The notes beneath the pieces were generated by a model. It made no database searches. It was not told the origin of the DNA and was given only the letters and a program-made list of their open reading frames with translations. Source: Halocafeteria seosinensis (lineage: Eukaryota). From it: 32,021 nt of DNA. The translations under genes and the position numbers were made by a program. This document shows, piece by piece, positions 13,101 to 24,627 of this stretch. Positions within the stretch are counted from its first letter, which is position 1. The number at the start of each line of letters is the position of its first letter. The DNA lies in NCBI GenBank assembly GCA_001687465.1, contig LVLI01000200.1, positions 1 to 32,021 of the forward strand. The letters are read 5' to 3'.

Positions 13101-13514
13101 CTTTAACTCATGAGCGTAATCATGTTGTTGTTGTTGCTGCTGCTGCTGATGGTGGTGGCCGTCCTGAGGAGAGGACAGCATGGTGGAGGCATCCGACAGC
13201 TCTTCGAATCTGCCTTGCAGGGACTGCAGACGTAGGTTAATGGTGTCCAATGAGGATGCCGCTGTGGGTAGTGTTTCCACCATGTTATCCATGATGCTCT
13301 CCATGTCCTGATCCAGCTCCTGCGCAAGCAGCTGCATGCGCACCACCAGCGACGATACCTGCTGCTGCGCATCTTCCTGCCGCTTATTGGCATCCCCTTG
13401 TATCTGACGGAAGGCCTTATTCACCCACTCGACAGCGTCGAAATGCTCCTCAGGGGCCTCATGGATGGCCTCTTGGAGGTCATCCAAGACGTCCCCAGAC
13501 TGCTGTTGCTCCAT
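10187..13514 (-). CDS. COG7: Conserved oligomeric Golgi complex subunit 7-like (~1087 aa)
   Basis: Exons 13514-10505 and 10440-10187; intron 10504-10441 (64 nt). FDAVEWVNKAF...LVVRMQLLAQE...LP, PSDYVVHLGEYFMNAVQTLEP and the spliced AKQLKSDL|EYFINIL all match recalled COG7 blocks. Confidence 0.85.
13121..13158 (-). repeat. Trinucleotide tract encoding HHHQQQQQQQQH in COG7
   Basis: CAC/CAT followed by (CAG)n(CAA)n on the minus strand. Confidence 0.9.
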
Positions 13515-13763
13515 CCTATTTCACTTCTAAACAAGAAAAAAAGAAAGAGGGAGAAAAAAAAAAAATAAATAAAAAATTAATTATTCATTGAGTCTTATCA
13601 ATACAGTCGAGGAAGACATCCCTGGTCGTTCGGTCGGTCGCAACAAGTTTTGACGGTTGGGATGGGATCTCTTGTGTTTTAATAATAACAGTTCTATGCT
13701 TATCGCTGGCGAATTTGGTTTATCCACTATTTTTAGTCCTTTTATGTGTATTATTCCCAAACG

Positions 13764-15386
13764 ATGCAGCCAGGATCAAGAGGGCGAGGGAACCGAATGA
13801 CGCCTCAGACGGCGTCAGGAGGGAGGGGTCGTCCTGGGAATGCTACGGCTTCCACCAGATATAGCGCTACTGGTGCCCAGAAACCACCTCCACCTCCGTC
13901 AAGGCGCTCTTGGAACTCCCGTGGAATGGCGGCCGTGGTGCCGCCGAAATTCGAAAGAGAGCAGCAGAAAACGACCTCATCGAGAAGTGTAGAACCGCAG
14001 CAGGGCGACTATCCCAAGCTCGCTCAGTCCATTGTTCGCAGATTGAGCGAGACCAGGAGCTCCTATCCACGTCCGGCGTCGTCCAGTACGCAATACCCCG
14101 GATCGCGAACTGATAGTGCGTTCAAGGGGCATGAGACCAACCTCGCTCATGTCCGTCAGAGTATCCAAGGCGAACTAACGTCCCCAAATCCTCCTATTAC
14201 AGACGAGGAGAAAGAACAGGAATACATACGAACACCTCCTATTCCACAGCAAGCTTATCTTAGTCCATACAAAGTGGTTGCCAATGGACGCAATCGAGGA
14301 TCGACGGAGGGCAATACGGTTAGGTCCCCTTCCAAGAAATCTCAGGCTTCCGTAACGGACCTTTACTTTAATGAGACTGAATTGGCTGGGCGAAAAGAGA
14401 TATCGAACTATTTTCGTAAGCTCACCAGCAAGAATGGTCATCCAAGTAGGAGTGGCTATGAACTGTTGTCCCGGAGAAAGTACAATGCCAACAAAGATCA
14501 GGACACCTTGGCAGCACGAAGAGAGCGCACCAAACGAGAAGTGGAGCAAACCCGGCGCAGGTTGGAAAGGAGACAACCGAAGAACAGAGACTCTGCTATC
14601 TGGTACTTTGGTGATCTAGCATCTGCAAAAAGGTCTCAGCAACCTCTAATTTCGAAGCCAAAGACGTCGTCCTTGGAGGAAAACATGTTGAAAGCCCATG
14701 GTAATGGCCCACCATTCAGTTTCTCCATAAAACGACATTCTCGTAGGCGGGACAGGAAGCGACTTGCTAACGCGGCTGTAAGACAATTGGCTAAAATTTG
14801 GCGTCTACTGGATACCGATGGAGATGGACTGCTAGATTTCGATAAGTTGAGAGTCATGACAAGTTGTGCCGGTAAGGTTAGCTTGATCAGGTATGCTAGT
14901 GAACTGCTTGAAGCGGGACTTGTTCGGCTAAGTTGCAGGAGTTCCCGCTACTTCGTGTATCCTGCAAGAGATGCACGACATGACACGCGCTGATTGGGCT
15001 CGTCACGGGGTAGACTTTGATACGGTATGCTTTACTACGCCTTGGTTGTCTTATGCTAGGGGTTTCAACGCTATCCATACTTTTAAATTCTGCCGCAGTA
15101 TATAAGCGGGATGGAGGCATTTTTCACCGCTTACCCTCTTCATGCACAGCTTGTCGACAATTTTATTGGTGACATTTCAGAGGACAGCGTCCACTACGCG
15201 GACTATCAGACTCTAGAGCGTATTCTGACGGGCACTTCGACTACTGATGGTACCGAACTCCTACCCTACGAAGCATCTGCCGCATTGATCGAGATGGAAA
15301 CCGAAAGGGGGGAGCAAGGAGCAGAATCCCATGAGATTTTGGATATTTTGGGTAATGGCTTCCCCGTCAAATCGACGGACCTATAG
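13764..15386 (+). CDS. Uncharacterised protein (~493 aa): basic disordered N-terminus and C-terminal EF-hand pair
   Basis: Exons 13764-14871, 14939-15024 and 15099-15386, joined in frame by GT-AG introns of 67 and 74 nt. IWRLLDTDGDGLLDFDKL is an EF-hand; the spliced DWARHGVDFDTYISGM is a degenerate partner. Confidence 0.75.
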
Positions 15387-15390
15387 TTAA

Positions 15391-15421
15391 TATCTGTCAC
15401 ATGTGTGTGTGTGTGTGTGTG
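15391..15421 (+). repeat. TATCTGTCACAT followed by a (TG)10 microsatellite
   Basis: Read directly. The same 12-mer precedes the GT tract at 27071. Confidence 0.9.
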
Positions 15422-15479
15422 ATATGTCAGTGGACGTCAGTCTATTGTGTTGGGGCGAAAGGGAAACGTGTATTCGTCA

Positions 15480-16592
15480 ACCGCCATTCCCGTCCGTGTG
15501 CTTTTTTCGTCGGGTGATCGTTCAAAGAAGATGAAATGTGGACCAAGGAGCAGTAGTATCAGTATTCGGGCATGCCAACAGCTTCTAGTGCGTATCGACA
15601 AGCAACCATGAACAGTAGGTCTTCCCGTAAATACACATCTTGGTTATTGGATACACGATAAGACAGGCATATGTATACACAACTACTGGTATTCTCGCTT
15701 GCCTCTGCCCTCAACGAATATGTCTGCATTTCTGCATCGCCTGCACTGCTTTCCTCGCTCTTCCCCCTATTACAGTGTTTAAGTCCATTTTCCGTAGACG
15801 GCCAGCACGGCGGCTGCTGATTGTTTGTTGGAAGTGATTTTTCGTTCCGCACGTTGTGAAAACTCTTCGAATACAATTATCCCCGAGCTGAAAGGGGGTA
15901 TCGCTCACCTGCACCCTTTCGCCGTCGGTTTCATCGGCTCGTCATCACCATCACCACGGGCAACGCGTCATGTGCAATCATCGGAACACCGATACTACTC
16001 ACGTCGCTACTACCACCGTTTCCTGCCGTCGATTTTTGCTCGGGTGATCGTTCGAAGAACGTGATATGTGGACCAAGGAGCAGCATTACCAGTTTCCAAC
16101 CATGTCAAATGTGTTAGCAACTTGTTATGCGCATCGGCAAGCAATCAATAAACTGCCATGAATGGTAATACTCCTCATTGATACACATATTGTTTATTGG
16201 ATACAGGAGAAAGCACGCATATATATACACAACTACTCTGACTTGCCTGTGCCCTCATCAGCTTTGTCTGTCAATGGGTTTGTCTGCGTTTCTACATCCG
16301 CTCCACTCCCTGTACTGCTTTTCTCGCTTTCCCGTCTTTTGGAGCGTAGGGACATTTTCAGTAGACGGCCAGCAGTCACAAGTAGCCCGATAGATCCCGC
16401 CACCTGACCGAAAATGGCGGCCGCTGATTGTTTGTTCGAAGTGATTTTTCGCTCAGTACGTTGTGAAAACTCTTCGAATACGATCACTCCCAGCTGAGAA
16501 GGCTTATCGCTCTATTCTACCCATTCCCGTCGATTTTCTTCATTCGTTTTCACCATCAACACGGGCAGCGTGTCGTGTGCAATGATCGGAAC
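15480..16592. repeat. Diverged tandem duplication, units ~15480-15990 and ~16010-16592
   Basis: Shared anchors in the same order: CGGGTGATCGTTC..ATGTGGACCAAGGAGCAG (15511/16041), GTAGACGGCCAGCA, GCTGATTGTTTGTT..ACGTTGTGAAAACTCTTCGAATAC and ACGGGCA..TGTGCAAT.ATCGGAACA. The left unit lacks about 40 nt. Confidence 0.9.
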
Positions 16593-17500
16593 AGCATTTA
16601 TGCATTTGCTCTTCATGTCTTCTTCATCGTTATCCGTAAATTTGCTTGGAGCACAAAATGGGTTTCTATTGGGTAGTCGCGGCATTTCCACTGTTGGGTG
16701 CGATTCCTCAAGATGGATGCTTTCGGAGGCCCAGTCTCATCTATTACACGAATCTTCTCTCATGTGCTGTACAGGTCGACTGGTGTCAATACTTCCAAAC
16801 TTCCTCTCAGCCGTTTGATCGTCAACATTTTCAAGCCCCCGGTGTACGACTTAACAACAAACGTGCTTTGAAATCCACCGAAGTCCCGAGTTACGGGTGC
16901 TACATCGTCTACAGTCAGATCTAGTGCCTTGGAGAAGTCTGTGGACTTTCCAAATGTAAAGGACACTTTGTCATTACGAGATGCGACTTTCGCCGCCTCC
17001 CAGACACTATAGGGCGGACGCACTGGTCTCCATCTGTCATTCCGAAAGTGCACCTTGCCTTGGGCTAGCACACCATTTACAGAATCAACTTGGCCTACGC
17101 ACCAAATTTCATGTTTCGTGTCCGGCGATTTGCACTGAAGAAAATTCGCACCATCAGATTTTCCTAAGCGGGCATTTTGGTAAACCCCAGTTGATTGTCG
17201 TGGGCGAAGAGTTCGGTCGTTCGGGTAACCTCTCGGTTTTGATGAACCGCTACGCATAGCAGCTTTTCGTTATATACAAGGAGGTTCTGCACCCTGCTGA
17301 ATTCGTTATCCATCACTGTAACTTTCTCTCCATCCCAAACGAACAAATTTGAGGGCTCTGTCGTCTTCGACAATATAACTGAGTGTTGACTCCCTTTGTG
17401 ACGACGACGATTGACTGACCAATATGGAGAACGTGTCAAGTGGCTGGAATACTTTTCACCGGAGGGCGTTTCTTCATTTCCTCGGAGATGCTTTTCCGCA
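16233..17500 (-). pseudogene. Decayed gene: beta-propeller-like segments and a C-terminal TM helix
   Basis: Protein-like pieces (SNLFVWDGEKV..VQNLLVYNEKLLCVA; IWCVGQVDSVNGVLAQG..HFRNDRWRP; IVFEEFSQRTERKITSNKQSAAAIFGQVAGSIGLL) are interrupted by frame changes near 17170 and 16680 and by in-frame stops at 16760-16762 (TGA) and 16512-16514 (TAG). Confidence 0.55.
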
Positions 17501-17506
17501 GATGTT

Positions 17507-17527
17507 GAGAGAGAGAGAGAGAGAGAG
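17507..17527. repeat. (GA)10 microsatellite
   Basis: Read directly. Confidence 0.9.
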
Positions 17528-17842
17528 TAAATGGTCCATGGATACAAACTGTCATCTATAGATACTTAGGATAGTAAAATAGTGAAAAATACTATTTGAA
17601 AGTTTGAAACCCGTGCTGCGTTGCATGTAGACGTTTATTGTTCGCGATCTTCTGAATGAATCCTCCGTAGTCGCTTCTTCAAAAGGCAAAAGACAGGATC
17701 GAAATCTCCACGGATCCTAGAAGACCTTGGTTGACTCCCCAATCTACCGGAACGGACTTCGAGAAATACCGAAGTGGACGATATACACTACAGCCCAAAA
17801 CAGAGTGCAATGAACTGACGGTATCTCATTGATTTGTTTTCT

Positions 17843-19623
17843 TTAAAGGGCGGATAGAGAACGCGTAACTGATCCAGGTTGACTTGATCGACGATGGCGA
17901 ACATGGACACGGGGAACTGCCGAAATAGAGTTATCCGCAACTTGATCAGAACGGGAAATCTCTTCCCAGAGTGCTACTGCCTTCCCCGGTTCTGGGATAG
18001 AACTGTAGCTGCTTTTGATCGGTTCAATAGTCACATTCATCGTAGGAGATATGATTACCGCATGATTTGGAGGCACTGGAAACCAATCTTCCGGGGAGTT
18101 TGTAAGCCGTTCAGAAGCAACGATAACAACATGTTCTCTCCTGTCTCCGTGGATCATACGATACGCACCTGCACACGAGAAGTCAGTGTTTTTGGGCCAC
18201 CTAGAGAGATCAGGAAGCATTTAAAACCAACATACCGGGGTTGCCCAAATCCTCTTCCCATTTGCTTCCAGAGGACAGATATAGAGACGCAGCGATGCCA
18301 TCACCAAGTACATGTCGCGTCCTGGCAAGCGGTATAGCATTCATCAAATCACACCGGGAAGGGGGTATTGAGGCGAAGAGCACCTACGTTATCACCGTTT
18401 CTCCATCAGACACGCAAAAGTTTAATAGGGAAGGATGGTCCGGTAAAATATTTGCCTCTATGCTCCATGTCTCCAATAGCCGAATCGTCGAGAACAAGCT
18501 ATTCTGCGATGGATACATTTTGGAGACGAAACGAGACAACGACATTACGCCAATGCTACCTACTTTTAGTTGCTCAGGCGACAATTGCTCATGAAGCTGC
18601 ATAGGATATATCTCTCGTTCGAGTTCCGTCAGAAAAATTCCAAAGCTGCAGCAAGATGTTTTATGCGCGGATCTCTCAACGCAGCAGAGCATGCTTACCA
18701 ATGCTCCGAGTCACTTGTGCCTTGTATGCTTTCATAAGCGAAATCACTCATGTGCGAAATCATTTTTCTTCGTATTTTGCTAAAGCATGCAACGAACCCA
18801 TTATGCATCCTGTAAGAAGCAGTGTCTGTAGTCCTTCGCATTCCAACTGGAACTCACATCTAACACGCACACTTACCACAAGTATCTTCCAAATGCTGTT
18901 CCGACAGGAGAATCAAGAGATAATCATATGATAGACAAACATAAATCTTTTCGGTGAGGTAGTCTGGACAAGCCGTTGACCCCTTACCAAATGGATGGCA
19001 ATTTAACTCCGTAACTGGACTACCAAGACTGGCGGCGCGTACATGAGCAAATACCAAAGGCGAGCGGATTTTCTCAGAAAGCCTGTCAAAACAACACAGG
19101 GGGCCCAACGGCAAAAAACCTTGTTGTGTCAAACTACTTTAAGGATAAACATAAGCTGCTCTTCTTACCTCACTAAATTTGGATTATTCCACGCTGGAGT
19201 GATGCTTGTGTAGACTCCAGGAGTTTCACTTCGAAGCAGCTGAGTGGGAGCTGTCTTTCCATGATGTTCCCCCTGTCTGTCTCCTCCTTCAAGGTTCGAT
19301 GCAGCTCTTGAATCACGGCCGACGCTGGGTACTTGCTGAATATAGTCGTATGTGGACTCTGAATCATCTGGGTCACAATACCAGCCAATTCCGAACCCAT
19401 CGCCGTTGAGGTGAGGTGGAACTGTGCCAAGGAAAAACCATACATTTTTCACGGAGCAAAGATTCTTGAAACCATAGTAATCGCACGTACCGACACCTCC
19501 CGTCAGACGCTCTGTACAGCCAAACGACTGCTTTATAATGGAATGACTGGGACGCACCACCAAGTCGCTCAGCGTCACGGCATATTGCTTGTTTCTTCCC
19601 TTATACACGATTAATCGACACAT
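17843..19623 (-). CDS. DUG3: Class II (Ntn) glutamine amidotransferase, DUG3/EgtC-like (~406 aa, 9 exons)
   Basis: Exons 19623-19491, 19421-19169, 19082-18988, 18895-18877, 18809-18699, 18645-18564, 18503-18388, 18321-18236 and 18168-17843 total 1221 nt in frame. Motifs: MCR (Ntn Cys2), NGDGFGIGWY, PAWNNPNL, FAHVRAA, NCHPF, WMHNG, IQGTSDSEH, SLLNFCVSDG, VASERLT. Confidence 0.9.
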
Positions 19624-20076
19624 TCTCTGGCATGCAATGAGATACCTTATCTGACCACCCTACAACCTCAACGCCGTGGTATCAAACATATGCAAATGAC
19701 TCGAATATCAAGTCAAGTTGAAGATGGCCCAGTGCAAAAAAAAAAAAAAAATTGGAAGTTCAACTTCTCACTGAAGTTCTCAGGTGTTTCCAATTGCAAA
19801 GAACCGTGTCCTTTGGTTTGCATACCTTTCTGCGGCAAAGCATTGTGGGCAATGCCTCTCCGTTTGCTATGCATAAAACTACTGGAATTGTCTCGGGTTT
19901 CTCATGCTACAACGGAAAAAGTACATGGGTCGTTCAACAACCTGTTGTTGGATGCAACTACCATACATGTACAACCAGATGGAGTTGGATTATGTAATTT
20001 TTCTATAGAGCAGGTTGGTTGAATTGAGCAAACTAGTGTATATGCATCAACTCAGCGGTAGGTATTGGCTCATGAC

Positions 20077-21842
20077 TCATCTATTTTCTTCTTTAACTCG
20101 GGTGGTTTCCATCGCTTTGCTTTTGTAGTAGGTATATGCTACCGGGAACGACGTCTGGATAAGAGTCAAAGCTAACACAATTAGACCTGGAACTGTAAAG
20201 TCTCTGTCGAAACTATCCAAACCCATAATCAACAGTGGTTGAGAAAGAAATCCAAATCCTCCTCCAATGCAGAAAGTAATACCCATTAGTTTTCCGAAGT
20301 TGTCAATCCCGAACTCGGACGCAAAGAATGTCGCGGCAATAGAAAACAGAAACGAGCGAAAAATCACAAATACGATGAAGGTAAGGATCTGCAGCTCCAG
20401 CACAGGGATTAGCGAAAGAATTGACAGAAGTACACCCGAGATATTTGATCCCCAAAAACCACCCACAAGGCCATAGCGTTCAATGATAGTTCCGGTGACG
20501 AAGACAGCACCAAGACCGCCAAGTGATATCCATCCGAAAACTTCGGTAAAGGTTCCATCAGTATCCCCCATTTCCTCCAAAACAATGTTCAAGGTAACAA
20601 AGAAATAATTGAACTTCAGGATGTTGATCCATGTAAACGCGGCACCGCCTAGAAACCGAAACGTGAGTACCTGCTCCCGGAATGTCTTGCCAAGGTGCGG
20701 ATACTGACGCTCAATCATTTCAGTGTATGTGTCTTTATCCTCTTCGGGCTCACCACTATCGGTTCCAAAAGCTACCGAGGATCTATCATCAGTGTGAGTA
20801 CCGCTTCCCTCCTCCACTTGCACCTGGACAAGTTCCCTGTCCTCACTATTTTCCATCCCGTCGTTTTTCGTAGACTCCTGTGCAGCTTGTTCGCCCTTGG
20901 TTGGCTTGTCGTCGGCAGCGCTGGAGGGTTTGCTTTCTATTGCAAGCTCGTGTTTCGATTTGAACGGCCATCTTGGCCAGAAGAAAAGTGTGAATAGTAT
21001 GCAAACGAAAACAGGTCCAATGACGTAGCCGTAGAGGATGTGGTGCAAGGCGATACCGCCGCTGAAATATAGAAGCCTTACGAAGAGGAACATCACTGCA
21101 CTGGAATCAGCACACCCGTTAAGTGTGGTGACGACACTATTCCCGATCTTCGGGAATAAATTGCCAATCGAAAACATCGGGTGTAGCGTAGCCACAGCAG
21201 CAGCTCCTATTAAGGAAAATCCAATGAAAAAGACCGCGGCTTCTGAAGCCGAGGGATTCTTTGTCGCAAGTTCCTGCCGCGGTTGATCATAGTCCACGTT
21301 TATGAGGATTTCTTGAGAGCCTAGTCCGAGGATGACTAGACCCAAAGAGAATAGACTCAATCCGAAAGTGACAGTTGCTTTCAGTCCAAAGCGATCGAGT
21401 ATCAGCCCTGCAACATCCAGTGTTCGTTTCTCATCGGAGTCAACTAAAGAGGCGCGCTTTGCGGAGTTGAGCTTACCATTCACGAGGTTGAAGGCAAAAG
21501 ACACGGCAGACGCTACGGTGAATATCAAAGCCAAAGCTTCAATTTGGGCATCGCAGCCACCATTGGAGCCTCCAACATCCTTGGGATCACAGCGGTCCAG
21601 AAAGACTCCTTTATCAGTGAGCACAGGCTCAATATTAGGCCAACCGAAAATGACGACACCTGTGATGAGCACTATTGCATCCCCTCAGAAGCCCCTTGAG
21701 AACGTTCCGGCGGCTACTTACTGGATGTGAGAGCTTGAAATCCTCCCGCTACGAAAAGAACCCATTTATTGGGAGCTAAACCATCTTTACAGAAGCTTTT
21801 CGTGGAATGTTCTTTGACTGTCGATGCAACACCAGATATCAT
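20077..21842 (-). CDS. SLC43/LAT3-LAT4 (FMP42-like) MFS transporter, paralog A (~544 aa)
   Basis: Exons 21842-21722, 21659-21477 and 21407-20077; ATG at 21842 with an in-frame stop upstream. Shows VVIFGWP, a GVF..C...C.AQ luminal loop, GLILDRFG, DSSAVMF, FRSFLFS, FG.DNFGKL.G and about 12 hydrophobic segments. Confidence 0.9.
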
Positions 21843-22489
21843 CGTTGAAGGTTACCCGTGTCTTGTCGCTGCCGAACAAAGTGACCGCAGATACATGACG
21901 CAAGTCAATAAATTGAGTGACACCATCTACTGGGCGAAGTTTAACAAATCATCGGCGATAGCATCTAGTCAACACATAATGCTGGCTGGTGAGATATACT
22001 TCAAGGAGGAGGAAGTCCGAGGAACCCCTTGAGGCGGTACAAGTGTACTGCCGCAGTTGCTGAACGGATAACTTGCAACTCGGCTGCCAAAGGTATTGTA
22101 AGAAACTCTCGGGGAGCTAGACAGAGCTGTGGCAGTGGAACACCCATCTATACCTGTGTAATGGCCTAACTGGACGGAAGCAAGATCAGAAATGTGCTTC
22201 AGACGCTCAAGGTAGCCAGGCTGGCAGGGCCTCTAGGGGAGCTGGCATGTCGGCCACCGTAATCCTTTTCATTGTGTTCATTGCTTTGTTCACACCTTAT
22301 GTGCGTGCTGATAGAAAAGCACGATATAAAACAGTCAAAATTTTCAACTGTATCAGATTTCCTATACATGACTCCTCTCTCGATTTAAAGCCGACAAAGA
22401 CGGCAATGCGTTGAATGTTTCCAAACCTTCTAGCAGGCGGAAACTCAGGCGTGTGCTAAAACCGCATTCAGTTCAGCATTGACTCAAAT

Positions 22490-24361
22490 TCAGGTCTTCG
22501 GACTCTTGCCGATGTAGGGAGAAATATATCCTTCACTCCCTCTGCTCTTCACTCGCTTCAGGTTCAGACCACGGTAGTAAGAGTATAAAATAGGAAACGT
22601 CATTTGGAGCAGAGTAACACCGAGGACTATTAGCCCCGGTATTGTAAAATCGCGGTTGAATGTTTCCAAACCTAATATCAGCAATGGTTGAGCAAGGAAT
22701 CCGAAACCACCGCCAATGCAGAATGTAATTCCAATCAACTTGCCAAAATTGTCGAATCCAAACTCTGCTGACAGAAATGTCGCCGTTATGGAAAAGAGAA
22801 ACGATCGAAATATTACGAAGACAATAAAAGTAAGCACTTGAAGTTCCAGTACGGGAATGAGAGAGAGAGCTGACAGTAAAATTCCGGAAATATTGGATCC
22901 CCAAAATCCCCCGACTAAGCCAAACTTATCGATGATTGTGCCGGTGACAAAGACTGCTCCGACACCTGCTAGCGAAATCCAACCAAAGAGCTGCGTGTAC
23001 GTACCATCAGTGTCTCCCAATTCCTCCAACAGAGAGTTAAGAGAAACGAAAAAGTAATTGAACTTCAGGATATTGATCCACGTGAAGGCCGCGCCGCCTA
23101 CAAACCTCCAAGTGGTTGCTTGTTCGCTAAAGCGCTTTCCGAGATGAGGGTAATACAATTCTGCCACCTCCTCTTCAGCTCTATTAACTCCTGTAGGTTC
23201 CTGTACTTGCTGTTCGTTTGCATCTTCCGAATCAGGGCCCCGAGGGACTTGTATGGTCAACTCCACTTCCCTAGTTTCTGAATCGTGTGCATAAGTACCT
23301 GCGGAGTGGTTGCTGTTTTCCGAGTGGGTTGCTTCTTCTGCGGCGGCACCATTCCTACTGGTTTTCTGGGATGCTCCAATGCTCTCTACATGTCTCTCTG
23401 TTTCAGATTTGAAAGGCCATTGAGGCCAAAGAAACGCCACAAACAGAAACCCTATCAGAATTGGACCCAGTATGTATCCGAGGAATATTGTTGACAGTGC
23501 AAAAGATCCTCCAAAATAAATCAGCCTCACAATTAAGAACATAACAGCACTGGAATCTGCAAACCCGTTTATGGTTGTGACAACACTGTTTCTAGCTCTC
23601 CTGAAAAGGTTGCCGATACTGTAGGTTGGATGCAACGTTGCCACGGAACCAGCGCCCAGTAACGAAAATCCCAAGAAGAATACCAAACTCTCAGAAGTCG
23701 ATTGACTCTTTGCAGCCAATTCCTCCGGTGCAAGACTGTAATCAATGTTCACTAAATACCCTATTGAACCCAGTGTCAACAAGAGCAATCCCAGTGTCCA
23801 AAGGATAAGTCCGAAGGCCACAGTAACACGTACTCCAACTCGATCGAGCAATAACCCTGCACGAAGCGCCAAACGTTCGAGTTCGGTTTCTCCTTCCACG
23901 TAAGATAATCTAACATGCAGAAATCCGCTTGGGGACCCCCTGACGTACCATTGATGAGATTAAACACAAACGACACTGCGGAAGAGACGGTGAAAACAAG
24001 CGCCAGCGCTTCCAGTTGGGCATCGCATTGTCCATTTTCGCGTATCGTTCCCGGTTCACATCGGCTGGCAAAGACGCCTTTATCCACAAGAACGGGCTCT
24101 ATATTCGGCCAGCCAAACACCACGACGCCTGCAAAGCCCTCATTTCCCGTACACATACTACCACTTCCCATGTGCTTTCTTCAACTTACTCGCCGTCAAT
24201 GCTTGGAAGCAGGCCGCAGGGAATAAGATCCACTTGTTTGTCTTATGGCACCATTGCGGCCAAACGCATCCGTGCTTGTCGTTGGAGGAAGTGCTGGTTC
24301 GAGGTGTGGGACTTATGGGAGAAGTCTCATCCTCCTCCTGTTCCTCCCTGGAAAAATGCAT
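22490..24361 (-). CDS. SLC43/LAT3-LAT4 MFS transporter, paralog B (~572 aa)
   Basis: Exons 24361-24190, 24128-23949 and 23856-22490. Same motifs and same two intron positions as paralog A. Confidence 0.9.
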
Positions 24362-24627
24362 GACGTGTTTATGCACTTATCGACACATGATCCCGTCAGC
24401 AATGTTGATGATGATAATGGGAAGACAGCATGTGGAGCAAACGTCAATACTGTCGTCGAACTGCAGTCTATACAGCAAGTAGCAGCAGCCGGTAACTCCG
24501 CAACGCTGCGACCGAGAACCTGCTGAGAAGGCATAACGGGTGCTACTAGGTTACGCGGCAGAAGGTACGAGCGCATTCGCATGCTACAATGGAGGATCCG
24601 ATTCATTGGTATATGGTACAGTGTTTA

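Noticed and set aside
15480..16592. Direct repeat as a pair of LTRs or a CRISPR-like array
   Set aside because: The units are adjacent, about 500 bp, diverged and derived from a gene 3' end. There is no internal domain and no repeat-spacer periodicity.
16512..16762. In-frame TGA and TAG as a sign of stop-codon reassignment
   Set aside because: Intact genes end in TAA (GAPDH), TGA (COG7, MICU) and TAG (15386), and this region also has frameshifts, so decay explains it better.
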